A stretch of 61,990 bases of DNA, taken from the NCBI GenBank assembly GCA_034430415.1, contig DAOUEN010000069.1:1-61990 (forward strand), written 5' to 3'. Shown piece after piece: positions 29,260 through 37,144 of this stretch; the first letter of the stretch is position 1, and every line of letters begins with the position of its first letter. The position numbers and the translations under genes were made by a program. A model generated the notes under the pieces. The model did not search any database, had not been told where the DNA came from, and worked only from the letters and a program-made list of their open reading frames with translations. The DNA is from Dehalococcoidia bacterium. GTDB taxonomy: Bacteria > Chloroflexota > Dehalococcoidia > GIF9 > AB-539-J10.

Positions 29260-29420
29260 GATTTCTGCTAGAAGCCAGCGAACTTCTGAATTCCAGCGCA
29301 AACAGCGCCGAGAGCTTCGGAGGGCTGGGCAAAGGAGGCTTGATCACCGTTATCATCGTCTCCGTGCTTCTCATCGTAACCGTCGCCTGGCTCATTGATG
29401 GAACGAGCAGGCGGGACTAG
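29256..29420 (+). CDS. possible 54-aa single-TM protein overlapping the clpP stop (ATGA)
   Basis: Hand translation gives [54 protein letters not shown]. Below the ORF-track cutoff, with no homology evidence. Confidence 0.3.
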   Translation: MRFLLEASELLNSSANSAESFGGLGKGGLITVIIVSVLLIVTVAWLIDGTSRRD

Positions 29421-29565
29421 GCTAGCATTTCAATAAGCTCAAACGCCAGGCGGCGTCCTCAGGTGCTCTCGGACCAAGTGAGGTGTGCCCACTTGTTAGA
29501 TCCTCGTCATACTGGCATTCTCCATGAGTGTCTCGTCTGGACTTCATTACTCGTGCCGCAGTCTA

Positions 29566-29595
29566 TTGACATTTCCTTTCTCGCATTTTTATACT
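29566..29595 (+). promoter_or_regulatory. promoter TTGACA-18-TATACT of TRAP operon 1
   Basis: Hexamers at 29566-29571 and 29590-29595. Same geometry as operon 2. Confidence 0.55.
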
Positions 29596-29645
29596 TCGGC
29601 ACAGAGGCTGGTTTGGGGAGGCTTCAAGACTGAGTTGTCAATCAA

Positions 29646-29666
29646 GGGAGGATAATTGCGATGTGA
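29646..29666 (+). promoter_or_regulatory. SD-ATG-TGA start-stop mini-ORF in the TRAP operon 1 leader
   Basis: GGGAGG, 9 nt, then ATGTGA (29661-29666), 60 nt upstream of the main ATG. Confidence 0.4.
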
Positions 29667-29720
29667 AGAAAGGCAAGCTCGGATGAAAGTTCAGAAAGAG
29701 AGTTCTAAGGAGGTAAACAC

Positions 29721-30845
29721 ATGGGAAAGAGACTGATAGTGTTGCTGGTAGCGGTGATAGCAGTGGTCAGCCTTGTGGTTGCTGGCTGCGCACCGGAAGC
29801 AGCGCCGCCAGCAGAAGAAGAGGAAGCTCCGCCCGAGGAGGAGGAGGAGGAGGAGGAGGCTCCACCCGCAGCGCCTGAAGTTGAAGTCATCAAATGGGTA
29901 GGGCAATCGCACGTCCCCTCAGGAAACCCCATGTTCGCCTCGCTTCAAAGAGTAGCGGATACAATCCGGATCGCCAGCGGTGGACGCCTGGACATGCAGG
30001 TTGAGGCAGCCGGCGGTGTCTGTCCGGCAACTAAGGAGTTTGATGGGTGCGATACTGGAGTCATCGATTTTGGCGTTACCTGCTACATGTACTGGATGGA
30101 CAAGTTCCCCTGCGCTGGAATCCTGACCATGAGGGCCGGCGGTATGTCGCCCTGTGAGAAATACCTGTGGCATTGCTCGGAAGAGGCCGGGAACCTGATC
30201 GATGAGATGGTCAAGGACTACGACGTGAAGCTCATACCGGGCTGCGGCATTCTATGTCCACCTGAGCTGTTCCTGCACTGCGACAAGCCAATAGAGAAGC
30301 CAGGTGACATCAAAGGCTTGAAGCTGCGTGCGGCGGGAGATGGCGGTGCGATACTAGCCGCGCTGGGAGCTGGAACAGTGTTCATGCCCGCCGGTGAGAT
30401 CTTCGAATCCATGCACCGCGGAGTCATCGACGGCTTCGAGTGTAGTTCTCCAACAATCGACTAGAGTCTGAGCTTGCAGGAAGTAGGCCACTACGTCTAC
30501 GCCTCTGGCTGCCGAGCCCCTCATGAATACAATCCCTTCCTCATGAACATGGACAGCTGGAACGAGCTCCCCGACGACCTCAAAGTGATCGTGGAGGAGG
30601 TCAACAGGTCGGAGGCACTCAAGTACTACTCCGAGGTGACCACCAATGACATGGTCTACCTGCAGGAGTTCCGGGACTACGGCTGTGATGTGTCACTGCT
30701 CAATCCTGAGGTGGAGGTGGCATTTGTTGAGGCAGCCAATGAGTACTTCGATGAGAGGGCGGCTGAAGATGCGCTGATGGCCAAGGTGCTCAAGTCGATG
30801 CGAGACTTCGAGTCTGCGTTCAGAAGCACGTGGACGCGTCCATAG
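29721..30845 (+). pseudogene. TRAP transporter solute-binding lipoprotein (DctP-type), interrupted by an in-frame TAG at 30462-30464
   Basis: ORFs 29721..30464 and 30474..30845 are in the same frame and together align end to end with the intact paralog 32993..34117. The TAG aligns with a TGG (Trp) in that paralog. Confidence 0.75.
29835..29858 (+). repeat. (GAG)8 trinucleotide repeat encoding poly-Glu in the lipoprotein linker
   Basis: Eight uninterrupted GAG units. Confidence 0.9.
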
Positions 30846-30872
30846 CAATGGCGCAAGATAGGAAGTAGAACC

Positions 30873-30910
30873 CGAGCCCCGCTCCGATGCTAGCATTGGA
30901 GCGGGGCTCG
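30873..30910 (+). promoter_or_regulatory. 13-bp intercistronic hairpin between TRAP P1 and Q1
   Basis: cgagccccgctcc ... ggagcggggctcg with a 12-nt loop. Confidence 0.5.
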
Positions 30911-30920
30911 CTGAAATATC

Positions 30921-31430
30921 ATGAAGAAGATATTGAGACTGGTTGACTCCACGAGCGAGTGGATGGGAATGGCGATGACGTGGTTCATGCTTGCCATGAT
31001 CTTTGTCGGCGTCCTCGAGGTAACTCAGAGATATGTCTTCAACCACCCCACGATGTGGGGATACGAAATCATCATCATGCTGGGCGCCGCCATGTACCCT
31101 CTGGCGTGGGCCTGTGTCCATCGGAATCACGGGCATGTGAGGGTAGATATCTTCTACAGCCGCCTGTCAGTGAGGGGTAAGGCACTGGTGGACGTCATCT
31201 GTGGAGTGGCTTTTTTCTTCCCTGTTCTGTTGTTTCTCCTTTATTCCTCAGGCGCGTGGATGTGGCATGCTTGGGAGATTGGTGAGAAGTCGGTCGAGAC
31301 CTACTGGTACCCGCCGATCGCTCCACTCAGAACGGCCGTGTTCATAGGAGTGTTGCTGTTTCTCATCCAGGGGGTGGCCCAATTTATTCGCGACGTGCAC
31401 CTGCTCGTAAGGAGTAGACCATATGATTGA
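30921..31430 (+). CDS. TRAP transporter small permease (DctQ-type)
   Basis: 169 aa with four hydrophobic segments. Position between P and M. Paralog of 34239..34748. Confidence 0.85.
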   Translation: MKKILRLVDSTSEWMGMAMTWFMLAMIFVGVLEVTQRYVFNHPTMWGYEIIIMLGAAMYPLAWACVHRNHGHVRVDIFYSRLSVRGKALVDVICGVAFFFPVLLFLLYSSGAWMWHAWEIGEKSVETYWYPPIAPLRTAVFIGVLLFLIQGVAQFIRDVHLLVRSRPYD

Positions 31431-32760
31431 GATGAGTCCTGAACTTGTCACCATCCTGATGTTCGCAGGAATTCTGGTTGGGGTTCTCGTCGGCTATCCT
31501 CTCGCTATTGTGGTGGGCGCAGTCGGCCTCATAGTGGGCGTCCTGCTCTTCGGCGGAGAGGTGTTGGCGGAGCTCTACTATGGTCGGATATTCAAGACAC
31601 TGACCAACTACGTATTGCTGGCTGTGCCTCTCTTCATTTTCATGGGGACTATGCTGGAACGGTCACGTGTGGCCGATGCGCTGTATGACGCACTGTATCT
31701 ATGGTTCGGTGGGTTCAGAGGTGGCCTGGCCATAACTACGGTTCTGATAGGCACCGTCATGGCCGCGTGTGTCGGCGTGATCGCCGCATCAACCACGATG
31801 CTGGCGCTCATTGCCCTTCCGTCGATGGTAAATCGGGGATACGACAAGGCCCTGGCCAGTGGCTCCGTCTGTGCCGGCGGTACACTCGGTATCCTGATTC
31901 CCCCGAGCATTATGCTGGTCGTCTACGGGCCGATGTCCGGGCTCTCGGTGGGCAAACTGTTCTTTGGCGCCTTCATTCCAGGCTTCGTCCTATCGGGGCT
32001 GTACTGTGCGTACATCATCGTTGCATGTCTACTCCGGCCGCAAATGGGGCCTGCTGTACCCCCCGAAGACAGAAGAGTACCCTTCCTGGAGAAGACAAAG
32101 AGACTGCTGGTCTCGCTGGTCCCACCGGTGGCGCTTATCCTGGCGGTGCTGGGAAGCATCTTCTTCGGCATAGCCGCACCGACAGAAGCATCCGCCGTGG
32201 GGGCCTTCGCTGCCACCGTACTGGCTATTGCGTACCGCAGGTTCAGTTTCAAAATACTCAAGGAGACGGCGTTCGCCACGGTGCGGATGAGCGCCATGGT
32301 GCTGCTAATAGCCTCTCTGTCTTTCGCCTTCGTGGGTGTCTTCATCCGCGCCGGCTGCGGAGAGGTGGTCGCCAATGTCATCCTCAGTTCGCCCGGTGGC
32401 CGCTGGGGGGCTTTCATTGTAGTGATGTTCATCTGCTTCATCTTAGGGATGTTCATCGACTGGATAGGCATCGTCTTCATTATGGTTCCCATAATAACGC
32501 CCATCGTCCCTGCGCTGGGATTCGACCCACTGTGGTTTGGGATGATGATCTGTGTTAACCTGCAGATGTCTTTCCTGACTCCGCCGTTCGCCTATGCCAT
32601 ATTCTTCGTTAAAGGCACTGCACCGCCGGAACTGGGGATAACCACCGCTGACATAATCCGCGGCGTTATCCCGTTTGTGCTACTCATAATGGTGGGCATT
32701 GCGCTCTGCATCTTCTTCCCTCAGATAATTCTCTGGTTGCCAGGCAGGATGGTGGCATGA
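31423..32760 (+). CDS. TRAP transporter large permease (DctM-type)
   Basis: 445-aa polytopic protein. Overlaps Q by 8 nt (ATGATTGA). Shares long identical runs with 34741..36075. Confidence 0.9.
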   Translation: MIEMSPELVTILMFAGILVGVLVGYPLAIVVGAVGLIVGVLLFGGEVLAELYYGRIFKTLTNYVLLAVPLFIFMGTMLERSRVADALYDALYLWFGGFRGGLAITTVLIGTVMAACVGVIAASTTMLALIALPSMVNRGYDKALASGSVCAGGTLGILIPPSIMLVVYGPMSGLSVGKLFFGAFIPGFVLSGLYCAYIIVACLLRPQMGPAVPPEDRRVPFLEKTKRLLVSLVPPVALILAVLGSIFFGIAAPTEASAVGAFAATVLAIAYRRFSFKILKETAFATVRMSAMVLLIASLSFAFVGVFIRAGCGEVVANVILSSPGGRWGAFIVVMFICFILGMFIDWIGIVFIMVPIITPIVPALGFDPLWFGMMICVNLQMSFLTPPFAYAIFFVKGTAPPELGITTADIIRGVIPFVLLIMVGIALCIFFPQIILWLPGRMVA

Positions 32761-32837
32761 ATGCGGAAAACATCACGCTAATTGAACAGAAACAGGCGTC
32801 ATTCTCAAGGATAACGTCTTCGCTAAGAGAAAAGGTA

Positions 32838-32866
32838 TTGACTTCCGCTGTTTGGCTTCTTATACT
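32838..32866 (+). promoter_or_regulatory. promoter TTGACT-17-TATACT of TRAP operon 2
   Basis: Hexamers at 32838-32843 and 32861-32866. Confidence 0.55.
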
Positions 32867-32915
32867 TGAATACAGAAGCCTTTAGAAGTAGTCCTGTAGT
32901 CGCCTTATACTTCGC

Positions 32916-32935
32916 AAGGAGGTCGGGCTATGTGA
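32916..32935 (+). promoter_or_regulatory. SD-ATG-TGA start-stop mini-ORF in the TRAP operon 2 leader
   Basis: AAGGAGG, 7 nt, then ATGTGA (32930-32935), 63 nt upstream of the main GTG. Confidence 0.4.
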
Positions 32936-32992
32936 AAAAAAGAGCAGAGACACAGGAGCGACCCGTAATTTAGACTAAGGAGGAAAAAGAAC

Positions 32993-34117
32993 GTGGGTAA
33001 GAAGATTTTTGTGCTGCTGGTGGCCATGGTGGCAATCATTGCTCTAGTGGTTGCCGGCTGCGCGCCCGAGGCGGCGCCACCAGCCGAAGAGGAGGAAGAG
33101 GCGGCGCCCGAAGAGGAGGAAGAGGAAGAGGAGGCTGCGCCAGAGGCGGAGGTCATCACGTGGATAGGGCAGAGCACCCTCCCTGCGGGAATGCCGGTGT
33201 CCGTAGGACTGGACGAGCTAGCGGAGAGAATCAAGATCGCCAGCGGCGGGCGTTTCATCTGGGAACCCAAGCCTGCCGGCGCCGTCTGTCCGGCAACAGA
33301 AGAGTACAAAGCCATAGACAAGGGCGTTCTGGACTTCTGTGCTGGCGGTGGGTCGTATATGACAGCCGATGTCCCCTTCGGGAGCATGATCTCCCAGCGT
33401 GTCGGGGCGAAGCTGTCTCCTCTGGGACACATGATATGGGAACAAACCGGCGGTCGTGACATGATGAACAAGTGGTTCGCCCAAATGGGCCACGACTTCA
33501 CGGACATCGGCGGGCTGCACGGCCTACCCGAGGGATGGATCCACCTCGACAAGGAACTGAAGGGGCCCGAGGACCTTGAGGGCCTGAAGATGCGGTGCTC
33601 CGGCGACGGTGGGACGGTCCTATCCCGGATGGGCGTCGGCTCGGTGTTCATGCCCCTGGGCGAGATCTTCGAGAACATGAAACGCGGAGTTATCGACGCC
33701 TTCGAGTGCAGCAACCCGTCCTTTGACTGGGACATGGGCCTGTATGAAGTGGGCAAGTACTACTACCAGAACCCCACCCGTGCCCCGTGGGAGAACTACG
33801 AGATCCTGGTCAAGACGAGCGAGTGGAACGAGCTGCCCGACGACCTCAAGGTATTAGTGGAGGACTGCGTCCAGGCAGAAACGGTCTACTACCACTCCCG
33901 CCTGGTGGACTCATGCGCTGTGGCCTTACAGGAGTTCAAGGACTACGGGACCATAGTGGAGCCGCTCCCGAAGTCGATTGAGACAGCATTCGTAATAGAG
34001 GCCAACAAGTACCTCGACGAAAGGGCTGCCGAGTTTCCGTCCTTCAAAGAAATCCTGGATTCCCAGCGCGCCTTTGAAGCGAACTGGGCAGAGCTGTGGG
34101 GACTTCCCGGCGGCTAG
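32993..34117 (+). CDS. TRAP transporter solute-binding lipoprotein (DctP-type), intact
   Basis: Lipobox LVVAGC followed by a Pro/Ala/Glu linker. 374 aa. AAGGAGG RBS before the GTG start. Confidence 0.88.
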   Translation: MGKKIFVLLVAMVAIIALVVAGCAPEAAPPAEEEEEAAPEEEEEEEEAAPEAEVITWIGQSTLPAGMPVSVGLDELAERIKIASGGRFIWEPKPAGAVCPATEEYKAIDKGVLDFCAGGGSYMTADVPFGSMISQRVGAKLSPLGHMIWEQTGGRDMMNKWFAQMGHDFTDIGGLHGLPEGWIHLDKELKGPEDLEGLKMRCSGDGGTVLSRMGVGSVFMPLGEIFENMKRGVIDAFECSNPSFDWDMGLYEVGKYYYQNPTRAPWENYEILVKTSEWNELPDDLKVLVEDCVQAETVYYHSRLVDSCAVALQEFKDYGTIVEPLPKSIETAFVIEANKYLDERAAEFPSFKEILDSQRAFEANWAELWGLPGG

Positions 34118-34172
34118 TGTGAGACCGGAGCCCAATCTCTGAACATGACGCAACGCTAAATCGATGAGCTGG

Positions 34173-34208
34173 TAACCCCCCTCCGAGGGAAATCTCGGAG
34201 GGGGGTTA
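34173..34208 (+). promoter_or_regulatory. 15-bp intercistronic hairpin between TRAP P2 and Q2
   Basis: taacccccctccgag-ggaaat-ctcggaggggggtta. Confidence 0.5.
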
Positions 34209-34238
34209 ATCAGGTCCTGAGAAGGAGCCTATGAGCCT

Positions 34239-34748
34239 ATGAGAAAAGTGCTGAAGCTTATTGATTCTATCAACGAATGGGTGGGCACCCAGATGAAGTG
34301 GCTGGTGTTTGCCGTCATCGTAATCTGTCTCACCGAGGTGACGCTGAGGTACGTATTCAACAAACCTACTATTCAACTCCCCTGCATCATCACCATGACA
34401 GGGGCCTCTCTGTATGCCCTTTCCTTTGGATACATCCTGCTGCACAAGGGACATGTGAGGGTAGACGTTATGTACACCCGGTTATCGGAGAGAAACAAGG
34501 CAATCTTTGATGCCGTTCTGGCGGTGGTGTTTTTCTTCCCGGTGGTTGGCCTGCTTACCTACGCCGCTGGCGAATGGATGTGGTACGCCTGGGAGGTCGG
34601 CGAGAGATCGCAGATGACCTACTGGTACCCCATTCTGGGTCCGGTAAGAACAACGGTGTTTGCGGGGTTGTTCATATTCCTGCTTCAAGGAGTGGCTCAA
34701 TTCATCCGCGACCTGTACTTCGCCGTAAGGAGTAAGCCCTATGATTGA
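34239..34748 (+). CDS. TRAP transporter small permease (DctQ-type)
   Basis: 169-aa paralog of 30921..31430, with the shared GHVRVD and WYP motifs. Confidence 0.87.
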   Translation: MRKVLKLIDSINEWVGTQMKWLVFAVIVICLTEVTLRYVFNKPTIQLPCIITMTGASLYALSFGYILLHKGHVRVDVMYTRLSERNKAIFDAVLAVVFFFPVVGLLTYAAGEWMWYAWEVGERSQMTYWYPILGPVRTTVFAGLFIFLLQGVAQFIRDLYFAVRSKPYD

Positions 34749-36075
34749 CTTAAGCCCGGAGTTCCTTGCCGTATTCATGCTGGGGGGGATCCTGGTCGGT
34801 GTTCTCCTCGGCTATCCCCTGGCGATTGCCATAGGTGGCATAGGCATTATCGCTGGAGTACTGTCCTTTGGGGTCCCGATCACCCTTGAGCTGTACTACG
34901 GCCGCTTCTTCAGCCTGCTGAACAACTATGTCCTCCTGGCTGTGCCCCTTTTCATTTTCATGGGCACCATGCTGGAACACTCGGGAGTAGCCGAAGGGAT
35001 GTATGGCGCCCTGCACGTGTGGCTTGGCGGGGTCCGTGGCGGACTGGCGGTGACCACGGTGCTGATAGGCACAGTGGTGGCTGCCTGTGTGGGAATAATC
35101 GGTGCTTCCGTCACCATGCTGGCTCTTATTGCCCTGCCGGCTATGATTAACCGGGGCTACGACAAGTCTCTGGCCTGCGGTGCGGTCTGTGGCGGCGGCA
35201 GCCTGGGCATCCTCATTCCCCCCAGCATCATGCTGGTCGTCTACGGACCAATGGCGGCCATTTCGGTCGGCCGACTGTTCTTCGGGGCTTTCATGCCGGG
35301 CTTTCTTCTGTCCGCTCTGTATATTACCTATATCATCATCCGCTGTGTAATCCAGCCGAAGATTGCCCCACCAGTGGCCCTCAAGGAAAGGCAGGTGCCT
35401 TTCTGGACCAAGACACGGAACCTGATTGTCTCCATGGTTCCGCCGGTGGTGCTTATCCTGGCGGTGCTGGGGAGCATTTTCTTCGGAGTAGCCTCTCCCA
35501 CCGAGGCTGCCGGGGTCGGGTGCCTGGCTGCCGTAGGCCTGGCGCTTGGCTACCGCAAGCTCAGTGTTGAAGTACTCAAGAGAACCGCGATGACGACGGT
35601 GAAGGTGGCCGGCATGGTACTCATAATAGGAGGACTGTCATTCGCCTTCGTCGGCATATTCATGCGGGCGCAGTGCGACAAGGTAGTCGCTGCATTCATT
35701 CTGAGTGCCCCCGGCGGGAAGTGGGGTGCCTTCTTCGTCATCATGTTCATCTGCTTCATCCTGGGCTTCTTCATCGACTGGCTGGGAATCATCTTCATCA
35801 TGGTCCCCATAATAACGCCCATTGGTGATGCTCTGGGCTTTGACAAGCTGTGGTTTGCCATGATGATCTGCGTCAACCTCCAGATGTCGTTTATGACTCC
35901 TCCATTCGCCTATGCTCTGTTCTACGTCCGGGGGTCCGCTGATCCCAAGCTGGGCATAACCACCATGGACATTATACGGGGGATGGTTCCGTACGTGTTC
36001 ATCATCATGGGCGCGCTCTTGCTGTGCATCGCTTTCCCGCAGATAATACTGTGGCTGCCGGGGAAGATGCTGTAA
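34741..36075 (+). CDS. TRAP transporter large permease (DctM-type)
   Basis: 444 aa. Same 8-nt ATGATTGA overlap with Q. Shared runs NYVLLAVPLFIFMGTMLE, LGILIPPSIMLVVYGPM and MMICVNLQMSF. Confidence 0.9.
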   Translation: MIDLSPEFLAVFMLGGILVGVLLGYPLAIAIGGIGIIAGVLSFGVPITLELYYGRFFSLLNNYVLLAVPLFIFMGTMLEHSGVAEGMYGALHVWLGGVRGGLAVTTVLIGTVVAACVGIIGASVTMLALIALPAMINRGYDKSLACGAVCGGGSLGILIPPSIMLVVYGPMAAISVGRLFFGAFMPGFLLSALYITYIIIRCVIQPKIAPPVALKERQVPFWTKTRNLIVSMVPPVVLILAVLGSIFFGVASPTEAAGVGCLAAVGLALGYRKLSVEVLKRTAMTTVKVAGMVLIIGGLSFAFVGIFMRAQCDKVVAAFILSAPGGKWGAFFVIMFICFILGFFIDWLGIIFIMVPIITPIGDALGFDKLWFAMMICVNLQMSFMTPPFAYALFYVRGSADPKLGITTMDIIRGMVPYVFIIMGALLLCIAFPQIILWLPGKML

Positions 36076-36110
36076 AGGAGAGAGCGGCCATCTAGCTTCG
36101 TTGCGAAACT

Positions 36111-36138
36111 GGGGCATCATCCCTGGGGATGATGCCCC
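36111..36138. terminator. 12-bp perfect hairpin between the convergent TRAP M2 and panB genes
   Basis: ggggcatcatcc-ctgg-ggatgatgcccc. No strong U-tract on either side. Confidence 0.5.
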
Positions 36139-36196
36139 ACTCGAGTTATGGCGATGCTCTTCGCCGCCTGGCGAGAGCTTCTCTCTATGCAGGATG

Positions 36197-37096
36197 CTAG
36201 CCGGGTTGCTCCCTCCTGCTCGCTATCTCTCGTAGTCTCTCTGCTTCTCCTGGTTTCATCTTGTAACAGTGTTCCTCCGCAGGGAAGCTGCCGCTCCTGA
36301 TGTCGCTGATATACTCACCCAGGGCACGGCGCATCTCCTCACCAAGGTTGGCATATCTCCTTACGAACTTCGGCGTAAACACCTGGTAGATGCCAAGAAC
36401 ATCATTCACCAGCAGAGCTTGCCCATCACAGTGGGGCCCGGCCCCAACTCCCAGGGTTGGTATCCTCAGTATCTCCGTCACCAATTTGCCGGCCTCGGCA
36501 GGAACGCCTTCGAGCAGTACACAGAATGCCCCGGCTTCCTGCAATGCCTCCGCGTCGTCAAGTACCCGCATCGCCGCTTCGGCCGTGTTACCCTGCACCT
36601 TGAACCCCCCCATCTGTGCAGCGCTCTGAGGAGTCAGCCCAATATGTCCCATCACCACCATTCCGGAATCGACAATAGCCCTGACCTGGGGGGCCATCTT
36701 CCGCCCCCCTTCCAGCTTCACTGCATCGACACCCGCCTCCTTGTAGAAACGGCCAGCGTTCCTGACAGCCTCCTCTACCGATACCTGATAGGAGAGAAAG
36801 GGCATGTCACCCATCACAAAGGTATTGGGGGCTCCTTTCCGCACGGCCTGAGAATGGAATATCATCTGGTCCATGGTTACGGGCACCGTCCCATCGTAGC
36901 CGTACACGACATTGCCCATCGAATCGCCTACCAGGATCATATCCATACCCGCCTGTTCAATTATCATCGCCATGGTGAAGTCGTAGGCCGCCACCTGAGT
37001 GAACTTCTCACCCTTTTCCTTCATCTGAAAGAAGTCCTGGACCGTTTTTCTCTTGCTCACTTTAATGCCTCCTTGTGTTATCTTCTTTCGCGGCAT
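36197..37096 (-). CDS. panB: 3-methyl-2-oxobutanoate hydroxymethyltransferase
   Basis: MILVGDSMGNVVYGYD, AVKLEGG and GHIGLTPQS motifs. Confidence 0.94.
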   Translation of the reverse strand: MPRKKITQGGIKVSKRKTVQDFFQMKEKGEKFTQVAAYDFTMAMIIEQAGMDMILVGDSMGNVVYGYDGTVPVTMDQMIFHSQAVRKGAPNTFVMGDMPFLSYQVSVEEAVRNAGRFYKEAGVDAVKLEGGRKMAPQVRAIVDSGMVVMGHIGLTPQSAAQMGGFKVQGNTAEAAMRVLDDAEALQEAGAFCVLLEGVPAEAGKLVTEILRIPTLGVGAGPHCDGQALLVNDVLGIYQVFTPKFVRRYANLGEEMRRALGEYISDIRSGSFPAEEHCYKMKPGEAERLREIASRREQPG

Positions 37097-37144
37097 GTTG
37101 CCGCTTCCGTGTTCATTGTTCAGCGCGAGGGCACTGCAACCCCG

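Noticed and set aside
30462-30464. Pyrrolysine or other genome-wide UAG recoding as the explanation for the in-frame TAGs in TRAP P1 and the IlvD-like remnant.
   Set aside because: Many essential genes here (tuf, rpmG, rplL, lepB, rpmI) terminate at TAG. No pyl genes are visible in the window. A TGG-to-TAG transition is the simpler explanation. Site-specific readthrough remains untested.
31701-32558. Plus-strand 285-aa Arg/His-rich ORF inside dctM-1, plus several other internal ORFs in the TRAP permease genes.
   Set aside because: These are alternative frames of a GC-rich membrane-protein gene. The composition is implausible.
32904-32911. A second ttatactt element in the TRAP-2 leader as an alternative promoter, since it aligns with the -10 context ttatacttcg of operon 1.
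   Set aside because: There is no acceptable -35 hexamer at 16-18 nt upstream. The upstream TTGACT-17-TATACT element is the better promoter. It may be a relic of the duplication.
32905-33756. Minus-strand 283-aa ORF, plus the similar ORF at 29705..29932, opposite the TRAP binding-protein genes.
   Set aside because: They are antisense shadows of the GAG/GCC-rich linker regions (poly-Ser/Ala). The plus-strand genes have clear paralogy and lipoprotein signals.
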